From positions 150,001 through 182,000 of the forward strand of contig CAZETV010000002.1 of assembly GCA_964514965.1 (NCBI GenBank): a DNA stretch of 32,000 nt, written 5' to 3'. A program made the position numbers and the translations under genes. The stretch is from Candidatus Hadarchaeota archaeon. Lineage in GTDB: Archaea > Hadarchaeota > Hadarchaeia > Hadarchaeales > Hadarchaeaceae. Below the pieces are notes generated by a model. The model searched no databases and was not told the origin of the DNA. It saw only the letters and a program-made list of their open reading frames with translations. Shown here piece after piece: positions 22,352-28,435 of the stretch (the first letter of the stretch is position 1; each line of letters begins with the position of its first letter).

Positions 22352-25300
22352 CTATGCCCTATCTTTCAGCCGCAAGCGTGGCGACATGCACATCGACTTG
22401 AGTTCGTCAACTAGTAACTTGAAAGCATATGATATCTCCACCCCGTAAATCTCCGAGTCTTCATCACAAACTGGGCAGTATGTATAATCTCGCCGCCTGT
22501 CGTAAATCGCAAAACTGCCGCATTTGCCACATATAAGGCTGGTGTACCTGTCCGAAGCGTCCAAGAGGCGCTCCTTCAACAACATCGCTGCACCATGACC
22601 AATCAAGCAGTCACGCTCCATTTCTCCGAAGCGCAAACCCCCTTCGCGCGCCCTGCCCTCGGTTGGCTGATGGGTCAGAACCTGCACCGGCCCTCGAGAG
22701 CGAGCATGAATTTTGTCCGCCACCATATGGTGAAGTTTTTGATAATAACAGACCCCGATGAAGATGTCTGTGGGAATCATCTCACCAGTGACCCCATTAT
22801 ACATTATCTCCTTACCCGTGTGCTTGAATCCGCAAGCTTGAAGCATTTCGCGCAGTTGATTTTCCGGCATTCCCGCGAACGGAGTACCATCAATTCTTTG
22901 TCCAGAAATCGCCCCGACTTTACCGGCAATCATCTCCAGCAACTGCCCTACCGACATACGTGAGGGAATAGCGTGTGGGTTGATAAGAACATCAGGGACT
23001 ATCCCATTTTCGGTGAATGGCATGTCCGCGCTATCTAGGACGATTCCAATAACTCCCTTCTGACCATGCCTAGACGCAATCTTATCCCCAATCTCCGGTA
23101 TACGCAGGTCTCTGACCCGCGCCCTTACGAGTTTGTTTCCCTCAGATGTCGTGCTCATGAGAATCATGTCAACAATCCCTTCCTCGCTGGGTCTGACCCT
23201 TATCGAACTTTCCCGACGTCCATGCTCGACTGCGATGCCGAACTCGTCTATCTCCTCTAAGAATCTCGGCGGGCTTGTTCGACCAATCAAGACATCCTCG
23301 CCCCGAACTTCGGATTCAACCTCAGTTATCCCATCTTCCCCAAGGTTCCGGTAAAGGCTCGCGTCAGCATACCCTCGAATTTCCTCACTTGGGACCTCGA
23401 ACTTGTCCTCTTGTCCCCCAAGATACCTACCTTCCTCGGCCTCGTAAGCCCTGTAAAACGTCGTTCGCCCAAATCCACGACCAATGGAATCTTTGTTGAC
23501 GATGAGAGCATCTTCCATGTTGTAGCCGCCGTAGGTCGCGATTGCCACCACAACGTTCTGTCCAGCAGCCCTGCGGTCGAAGCCAACCGCGTCCATCACC
23601 TTGGTCCAGATAAGCGGAACTTGTGGGTATTGTAAAAAGTGACTCCGCGTATCTACACGGTTGTGAATATTGGTTGCTCCAACCCCGAGTGCCTGTTTGG
23701 CCATGTTCGCGCCGTAAGTATTCCGCGGTGATTGATTGTGCTCGGCGTATGGGATGAGTGCTGCGCTTATCCCCAACATCGCTAGCTGGTGAAGCTCTAA
23801 GTTAGTGTTTTCTGGTATCAGCTCCTGTTGCGAGATCGCGATAAAAGAGTTTTCCTCCTCCTCAGCGTCTAAGTATTCTATTACGCCCTCCTGAATCATA
23901 TCACGCCAAGTGAGTTCACCAGTCTTGACCTTCTCGATGTGTTCCTCAGCCAAAAGAGATTTCCCGCCTTCGACTACAATTACTGGTCTGCGCACCCGGC
24001 CGGCGTCCGTGTTTATCCGCACCTCGTTCGTGTCCTCCCTATACGCTATGTTAATTTGCTCATCGACGCTTCCCTTACGACGATGACGCCTGAATTCCTC
24101 CACAAGCATTTGCCCATTTTCGGCTATGCCAATTAATCGCCCGTTTATGTAAACAACACTCTTGCCCTTGTGTTCGCTGCCCTTCTGGATTTTTATGACG
24201 CCAAGCTTGTACAAGAGTCGCTCGCACTTCCCCTCTTCTGTTCCTGTCGAGATTTCAGCCATCAGCGCGAGATTTTTCACAAGCCCACAGTTCGGACCCT
24301 CTGGAGTCTCGCACGGACAAATCTTACCCCAGTGCGTCGGGTGGAGGTCACGTGCCTCGAAGTGGGGCTGGCTCCGGCTCAGGGGAGAGACGACGCGACG
24401 TAAGTGTGAGATGGCGGCAATGTAGTTCGTCCGGTCTAAGAGCTGGCTAACCCCGGACCGTCCACCCGGCCAGTTGCCAGTGGCCAAAGCGTGCCGGATT
24501 CGTTCAGTCAGCACATCCGCGCGCGCCGCGGTCTTGACATTCAGCTCCCTGCCCCTCGCATTTGCCCGCTCGAGCTGATATTTGATGTCCCGGGTGAGGT
24601 TGAGAAAAGCTAGCCTGAACACGTTCTCGAGCAAATCACCCGCCAGTTTCAGCCGTTTGTTCGCATAGTGATCCTTGTCGTTTACATCTCTCCGACCGAG
24701 CGCAAGTTCTATCACCTGCTCAGCCATTCTACCTAGATAATACACCTTACCGATGCGATCCTTTGGACGGGAACCTATGTGCGGTAAAAGATACCTGTCT
24801 AACACCTCTTGTGCCCGCTCCAGCCGGTATTCCTTGGTCTGCCCTATTGCCACTCGCTTCCCTATTAAGTCGAGTGCATCCTCGCGCGTTTTTACTTCCA
24901 CCGCTTCCTGTAGGTTCTCAAAGAGTTCACGAATTAGCTCTTGGTCATCAGAAACAGCTTCTACGATCTCGCGATCGCTCTCGAGCCCCAAGGCGCGCAT
25001 CAGAACCACGAGCGATACTTGTCCTGGAACGGCGGGAAACGAGACGCGCAACAAGCCATCACGCTTCCGCTCGACCACGACGAGTGCCCGAAAACCGCGC
25101 TGGGTCGAGAAGACCTTCGCCACCGCGGTGCCCATGCGTTCATCTCTTTCTACCAAAATCGAGTTCGACGCAAGATCCTCTTGGGTGACAATCACCCGCT
25201 CCGAACCATTAACAATGAAATAACCCCCAGGGTCTAGAGGGTCCTCGCCGGCAGCTATCAGTTCGTCCTCGCTCTTACCACTCAACTTGCAAAGTTTTGA

Positions 25301-25654
25301 CTTGAGCATCACTGGTAGCTCGCCAACATACACTTCTTCTGTGGGTTGTTCCTTTCCCTGTTTGATAAGATGTACATCAAGATAAATCGGCGCAGTGTAG
25401 CTGAGATTTCGCAATCTCGCCTCGCTAGGAAATATTTCTGGACGGGATCCATCGGCTTCCTTCACCGAGGGATTACCCAATCTCACCTTGCCAAACTTGA
25501 CATCGACGCCCGCGATATCGATATCTACGCCGCCTATTCCGTCGATGACACTCTGGATTCCATGATCGATGAATTCATTGTAGGAGTCTAGGTGCTGCCT
25601 TACAAGCCCCCTTTCCTTGAAGAAAGCCTCTACTAAAGGCCAAGTGTCCTGCAT
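22352..25654 (-). CDS. rpoB: DNA-directed RNA polymerase subunit B (unsplit)
   Basis: 1100 aa in a single ORF, with GDKIASRHGQKGV and the C-terminal zinc ribbon CGKCGSFAIYDRRRDYTYCPVC. Confidence 0.97.
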   Translation of the reverse strand: MQDTWPLVEAFFKERGLVRQHLDSYNEFIDHGIQSVIDGIGGVDIDIAGVDVKFGKVRLGNPSVKEADGSRPEIFPSEARLRNLSYTAPIYLDVHLIKQGKEQPTEEVYVGELPVMLKSKLCKLSGKSEDELIAAGEDPLDPGGYFIVNGSERVIVTQEDLASNSILVERDERMGTAVAKVFSTQRGFRALVVVERKRDGLLRVSFPAVPGQVSLVVLMRALGLESDREIVEAVSDDQELIRELFENLQEAVEVKTREDALDLIGKRVAIGQTKEYRLERAQEVLDRYLLPHIGSRPKDRIGKVYYLGRMAEQVIELALGRRDVNDKDHYANKRLKLAGDLLENVFRLAFLNLTRDIKYQLERANARGRELNVKTAARADVLTERIRHALATGNWPGGRSGVSQLLDRTNYIAAISHLRRVVSPLSRSQPHFEARDLHPTHWGKICPCETPEGPNCGLVKNLALMAEISTGTEEGKCERLLYKLGVIKIQKGSEHKGKSVVYINGRLIGIAENGQMLVEEFRRHRRKGSVDEQINIAYREDTNEVRINTDAGRVRRPVIVVEGGKSLLAEEHIEKVKTGELTWRDMIQEGVIEYLDAEEEENSFIAISQQELIPENTNLELHQLAMLGISAALIPYAEHNQSPRNTYGANMAKQALGVGATNIHNRVDTRSHFLQYPQVPLIWTKVMDAVGFDRRAAGQNVVVAIATYGGYNMEDALIVNKDSIGRGFGRTTFYRAYEAEEGRYLGGQEDKFEVPSEEIRGYADASLYRNLGEDGITEVESEVRGEDVLIGRTSPPRFLEEIDEFGIAVEHGRRESSIRVRPSEEGIVDMILMSTTSEGNKLVRARVRDLRIPEIGDKIASRHGQKGVIGIVLDSADMPFTENGIVPDVLINPHAIPSRMSVGQLLEMIAGKVGAISGQRIDGTPFAGMPENQLREMLQACGFKHTGKEIMYNGVTGEMIPTDIFIGVCYYQKLHHMVADKIHARSRGPVQVLTHQPTEGRAREGGLRFGEMERDCLIGHGAAMLLKERLLDASDRYTSLICGKCGSFAIYDRRRDYTYCPVCDEDSEIYGVEISYAFKLLVDELKSMCMSPRLRLKDRA

Positions 25655-25662
25655 TATACCAC

Positions 25663-25902
25663 CTACTTAATCACGTACCTATACACGACGGCTTTCCCCG
25701 CTGTGGCACTGTTACGGGTGATTTCGAGCAAGTCTCCGGGCTTGGCCCCTATAGCTTTAGCGGCGGGGTCGGAACTTTTGATGAATGGGAGCTGGTGGGG
25801 AAAAATCTTGTAACGATCAAGAACCTCTTGCACTTTCTCTTTCGACAATATTTCATGTTTTGGCACGAGCACGTGCTGTCCAACGTCAATTTTGGCTGAC
25901 AT
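25663..25902 (-). CDS. rpoH: DNA-directed RNA polymerase subunit H (Rpb5 C-domain homolog)
   Basis: 79 aa; HVLVPKHEILSKEKVQEVLDRYKI...LPFIKSSDPAAKAIGAKPGDLLEITR is typical RpoH. First gene of the rpoH-B-A'-A'' unit. Confidence 0.93.
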   Translation of the reverse strand: MSAKIDVGQHVLVPKHEILSKEKVQEVLDRYKIFPHQLPFIKSSDPAAKAIGAKPGDLLEITRNSATAGKAVVYRYVIK

Positions 25903-25927
25903 ATTCTCCCCGCATACCGCCTCACAA

Positions 25928-26002
25928 CGGGCCCGGAGGGATTCGAACCCTCGACACCCGGCTTAAAAGGCCGGTGCGCTAGCCAGACTGCGCTACGGGC
26001 CC
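25928..26002 (-). tRNA. tRNA-Lys (anticodon TTT), no encoded CCA
   Basis: Hand fold: GGGCCCG TA GCGC AGTCTGGCTA GCGC A CCGGC CTTTTAA GCCGG GTGTC GAGGG TTCGAAT CCCTC CGGGCCC G. All stems are perfect. Confidence 0.93.
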
Positions 26003-26022
26003 AAGAAAGCGGCTTGAACTCT

Positions 26023-26031
26023 CCTTTTATG
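26023..26031 (-). promoter_or_regulatory. Candidate TATA box (CATAAAAGG) at about -29..-21 of tRNA-Lys
   Basis: AT-rich element at the expected archaeal TATA distance. It shares the CATAAA core with the element upstream of tRNA-Tyr. Based on position and sequence only. Confidence 0.35.
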
Positions 26032-26151
26032 CTTTTCGCTATTTAAAATCATCGGAAGCACATTTAAAACTTTCTAAATGATGGTACTGTTAACTTAATG
26101 GGGCCCAACCACAACCTTTTACGATTTTTGATTTCTTGCCGTGGGCCTTCT

Positions 26152-26709
26152 CTAGACTAAATGTTCAATCAGTATTTTTATTCCGATACCAATTAAAATA
26201 AGACCTCCTATAATTTCAATTTTATTCCCAAAAAGGTGCCTAAAGCTATTCCCAGCAAAAACACCGAGAAACGACAACAGAAATGTTACAATCCCAACTA
26301 CGATTATTGAGACCACGATAAGAATTTTTAAAAATGCAAAGCTTACTCCAACAACCAAAGCGTCAATACTTGTAGCAACGGATAATACCAACAAAACATG
26401 AACATTCATTGGGTTGGTTTCTTTTTTGCTTGATTCTGTCTTAATTGACTCATGAATCATTTTACAACCAACCAGACTCAGAAGTCCAAAAGCTATCCAA
26501 TGGTCAAACCCTGTAATGAAATCTTTCAGGCCAGAACCAGCTAACCACCCTATTAACAACATGACAGCCTGAAATAACCCAAAAAATATTGCGATTTTCA
26601 AGGCATTATTGATTCTCGGGTGTTTTATTGTTGTTCCGCTTGTGATGGATACGGCAAAAGCATCCATTGCCAATCCAAACGCTACTACAAATATTGTGAT
26701 CATATCCAT
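26152..26709 (-). CDS. mntP: Manganese efflux pump MntP (DUF204 family), 6-TM membrane protein
   Basis: 185 aa with two DUF204 repeats, each carrying the acidic motif (GLAMDAFAVSI and SVATSIDALVVGV). Hydrophobic throughout. Clearly AT-richer than neighbouring genes. Confidence 0.85.
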   Translation of the reverse strand: MDMITIFVVAFGLAMDAFAVSITSGTTIKHPRINNALKIAIFFGLFQAVMLLIGWLAGSGLKDFITGFDHWIAFGLLSLVGCKMIHESIKTESSKKETNPMNVHVLLVLSVATSIDALVVGVSFAFLKILIVVSIIVVGIVTFLLSFLGVFAGNSFRHLFGNKIEIIGGLILIGIGIKILIEHLV

Positions 26710-26809
26710 TCGATATCACTTTGTATGAAGTTTATTGCCTAACATACCCCGCTTTTTACATTAAGGCATTGTGTCGGCCAAATAATTTAACAATGCATTA
26801 AATTGAGAT

Positions 26810-26851
26810 GCCTTGGCCTAGATTTGAATCCGAAGCGCAGGCTCGACAGGC
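26810..26851 (-). pseudogene. Degenerate copy of the 3' half of tRNA-Asp (anticodon loop to acceptor 3' end)
   Basis: 26805-26851 aligns without gaps to 27987-28033 (tRNA-Asp 3' half plus 5 nt of trailer) with 41/47 identities, and the last 17 nt are identical. Substitutions break the T-stem (TCGGA vs CTAGG) and no 5' half is present, so it is non-functional. Confidence 0.8.
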
Positions 26852-26959
26852 AAAATTATTCTAGTGGCGGGAAAAGTTCCCTAATAAGACATTAAGGAAA
26901 GTTTTGACGCTCCACAAAGCAAGTAGAGCACATAAATTCTTTGCGATATATTTCGAATT

Positions 26960-27814
26960 TTAACCTTCCCAAGCTGCCCACTTTTTAAAAATCTTTTCTT
27001 GGGATTCGACAGCCTCAGATAAATTGAATGGACTTTCGACGTTTCCAATTTCTCCTTTAACGGGGATGAAAATTTTGGTCTTAGGATTTTTGAAAGGGCA
27101 AGGCGGATAATGAGGGTGTTGCTTTCCCTTCCTCACCCCGGTTACATCGCTTTCGGGACAAACACCTCTCATGAAACCTCGACATCCAATCAATCCTCTC
27201 GAGATCGGTAGTTGCTCAAGCAGGGCAAGATACATTTGCGCTGCTAAGCATCTGAACTCCGGAGACGTCCTGACACAAAGACGCAAGCCCAGCAAATTCA
27301 ATAGAGACCGCAAATTTATCGTGACATGATAAATCCCAACTGCCTGAGAGAACGGCAGGGTGTACCTCGCCGACTCCCTCGGTACCCCCCGCTCTAGAAG
27401 TTTCTCATAAATTTCTATCCCCTGCGAAATGCTTTTCCAAAATTCCTGCCTTATCGTATCTCCCTCGTCTAACTTCAGTAAATCCCAAGGCAAAATTACT
27501 TCGTAAACCGGCCGCTCCTTTTCTATCCCCTCGTCTGCTTTGATGTACCTAGTCGAATAACCGCTGTGGCTAGTCATCCTGTGCTCCAAAAACTCCGGGG
27601 CATTTCCTTTAGTCATTTTTAAATCGAATTTTATGATTATGTGTTCTAACGCTGAACTATAATCGTTTCTAACTATCATTTTAAAGATATCTTCGTCAAG
27701 AACTACCGGTGGAACCCCCGAGACTCTTGCTGAATAAGCCACTTCTTTCCAAGCGTTTTTTCCTCCCACTACCTCAAAATTCCAAATTTGAGGTTTCACC
27801 ACTTCTATTTCCAT
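26960..27814 (-). CDS. thyX: Divergent flavin-dependent thymidylate synthase homolog (ThyX/Thy1-like) with a Cys-rich C-terminal extension
   Basis: 284 aa. It aligns without gaps to the ThyX signature region as I recall it from T. maritima ThyX (ours LEHIIIKF...FLEHRMTSHSGYSTRY vs FEHIVFTF...FRHRIASYNELSGRY). GVPRESARYTLP and NLRSLLNLLGLR are also conserved. GGTGAT lies 5 nt upstream of the ATG. Confidence 0.8.
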   Translation of the reverse strand: MEIEVVKPQIWNFEVVGGKNAWKEVAYSARVSGVPPVVLDEDIFKMIVRNDYSSALEHIIIKFDLKMTKGNAPEFLEHRMTSHSGYSTRYIKADEGIEKERPVYEVILPWDLLKLDEGDTIRQEFWKSISQGIEIYEKLLERGVPRESARYTLPFSQAVGIYHVTINLRSLLNLLGLRLCVRTSPEFRCLAAQMYLALLEQLPISRGLIGCRGFMRGVCPESDVTGVRKGKQHPHYPPCPFKNPKTKIFIPVKGEIGNVESPFNLSEAVESQEKIFKKWAAWEG

Positions 27815-27949
27815 CTAAATCACCAACGAAACTGATGTCCCAATATTTGTGTATGTTATGATTCCACCACAATTTAATAGTTTTTCTACGAGGTATAAAA
27901 ATTAATAATTGACAGTTTTGTGAGAGGCCCTCCCCAATCCGTGAGTACA

Positions 27950-27972
27950 GGCAAAAATGAAAACCAAAAAAT
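27950..27972 (-). terminator. Oligo-T tract cluster (T6, T4, T5 on the minus strand) ~20-40 nt downstream of tRNA-Asp
   Basis: The minus strand reads ...AAATTTTTTGGTTTTCATTTTTGC. Oligo-T runs are the usual archaeal termination signal. Confidence 0.4.
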
Positions 27973-27990
27973 TTGTGCCTTTTTGCGAGA

Positions 27991-28065
27991 CGCCCTGGCC
28001 GGGATTTGAACCCGAGGCGCAGGCTCGACAGGCCTGCATGCTAGACCGGTCTACACCACCAGGGC
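27991..28065 (-). tRNA. tRNA-Asp (anticodon GTC), no encoded CCA
   Basis: Hand fold: GCCCTGG TG GTGT AGACCGGTCTA GCAT G CAGGC CTGTCGA GCCTG CGCC TCGGG TTCAAAT CCCGG CCAGGGC G. The track ORF 27902..28105 is a shadow of this gene. Confidence 0.9.
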
Positions 28066-28107
28066 CCAAACAAAAATGATTCGCGCCAATAATAAGTTTA
28101 TCCAAGT

Positions 28108-28231
28108 GGACTGGCAGCGTCTCGGAGTTCCCCTTGGCTCTCGCACAAGAGTACAGTCCGAATCGCTGGCAGGCTTAACTTCCGGGGTCTGACGAGACCG
28201 GGTGTTGCCCCACCGCTATGACCGCCAGTCC
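28108..28231 (-). rRNA. rrf: 5S rRNA (not linked to 16S/23S in this window)
   Basis: The reverse strand reads GGACTGGCGGTCATAGCGGTGGGGCAACACCCGGTCTCGTCAGACCCCGGAAGTTAAGCCTGCCAGCGATTCGGACTGTACTCTTGTGCGAGAGCCAAGGGGAACTCCGAGACGCTGCCAGTCC. Helix I is 10 bp (GGACTGGCGG/CTGCCAGTCC), and the conserved CCGGAAGTTAAGCC loop C/helix III region is present. Ends are good to about +/-3 nt. Confidence 0.88.
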
Positions 28232-28249
28232 AGTTAATCTTTGAGTTTG

Positions 28250-28259
28250 TAATTAAAAA
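28250..28259 (-). promoter_or_regulatory. Candidate TATA box (TTTTTAATTA) about -28..-19 of the 5S rRNA
   Basis: AT-rich element at the expected distance, in the 39-nt spacer between tRNA-Tyr and 5S. Positional inference only. Confidence 0.3.
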
Positions 28260-28287
28260 GCTTGTTTAAGTGGTCCCGCGGGCCGGA

Positions 28288-28307
28288 TTTTCAGCAGATT
28301 TGCCGCA
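28288..28307 (-). other. tRNA intron 2: 20-nt non-canonical intron in the T-loop (between positions 59 and 60) with a strict hBHBh' motif
   Basis: GCCGG TTCA AAT GCGG CAAAT CTGC TGAA AAT CCGGC. This gives a 5-bp outer helix (the T-stem), a central 4-bp helix TTCA/TGAA, two 3-nt AAT bulges on opposite strands, and an inner helix GCGG/CTGC. Cutting 2 nt into each bulge removes TGCGGCAAATCTGCTGAAAA and restores the T-loop TTCAAAT. Confidence 0.85.
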
Positions 28308-28331
28308 TTTGAACCGGCAACATGTCGGTTT

Positions 28332-28362
28332 CGGCTTGGGTCTTTGGCCCGCCTCTCGGCGA
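28332..28362 (-). other. tRNA intron 1: ~31-nt intron in the anticodon loop, exact junctions unresolved
   Basis: 38 nt (CTGTTCGCCGAGAGGCGGGCCAAAGACCCAAGCCGAAA) lie between the perfect anticodon-stem strands GTCGG and CCGAC. A 7-nt loop therefore requires removal of 31 nt. The coordinates given correspond to the CTGT|...|AAA (GTA, Tyr) solution. Confidence 0.6.
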
Positions 28363-28415
28363 ACAGCCGACCACTCTACCAAACTGAGTTACCGCGGGGC
28401 CAAGTTAAAATTGGG

Positions 28416-28422
28416 ATTTATG
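28416..28422 (-). promoter_or_regulatory. Candidate TATA box (CATAAAT) about -24..-18 of tRNA-Tyr
   Basis: Located in the 37-nt gap between the frameshift-corrected DUF763 stop (28436) and the tRNA 5' end. Same CATAAA core as upstream of tRNA-Lys. Confidence 0.3.
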
Positions 28423-28435
28423 AACTCTTAAGGTT

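Larger units (their letters stand above)
28271..28398 (-). tRNA. tRNA-Tyr (inferred anticodon GTA) interrupted by two introns; genomically encoded CCA
   Basis: The reverse strand reads CCCGCGG TA ACTC AGTTTGGTA GAGT G GTCGG [38 nt] CCGAC ATGTT GCCGG [27 nt] CCGGC CCGCGGG A CCA. The C1-G72 pair plus A73 is the archaeal/eukaryal tRNA-Tyr identity set. The exon sequence closely resembles M. jannaschii tRNA-Tyr as I recall it (..ATGTC GCTGG TTCAAAT CCGGC CCGCCGG A CCA). 128 nt = 77 nt mature + 31 + 20 nt of introns. Confidence 0.85.

Noticed and set aside
26003-26151. C/D-box sRNA or other small RNA in the tRNA-Lys/mntP spacer, and similarly in the rps8/rpl6 gap
   Set aside because: Only partial C-box-like strings (GATGATT, ATGATGG) are present, with no properly spaced CTGA D box or terminal stem. 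The evidence is insufficient to call.
26710-26810. yybP-ykoY-type manganese riboswitch in front of mntP
   Set aside because: That riboswitch class is bacterial and needs about 100 nt or more of conserved four-helix leader. Only a weak resemblance (AAAGCGGGGTATG) is present. An AATAAA element at -27..-22 of the ATG suggests a leaderless mRNA with no room for a riboswitch. This cannot be fully excluded without a covariance-model scan.
26810-26851. Functional split-tRNA 3'-half gene (Nanoarchaeum/Caldivirga style)
   Set aside because: The T-stem is disrupted (TCGGA vs CTAGG gives two non-pairs). An intact tRNA-Asp already exists 1.1 kb away. No leader capable of pairing with a 5'-half transcript is evident. 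A decayed att-type repeat is more parsimonious.
27902-28105. 67-aa minus-strand ORF
   Set aside because: It reads straight through tRNA-Asp (27991-28065) and the tRNA/5S spacer, so it is an artefact of GC-rich structured RNA.
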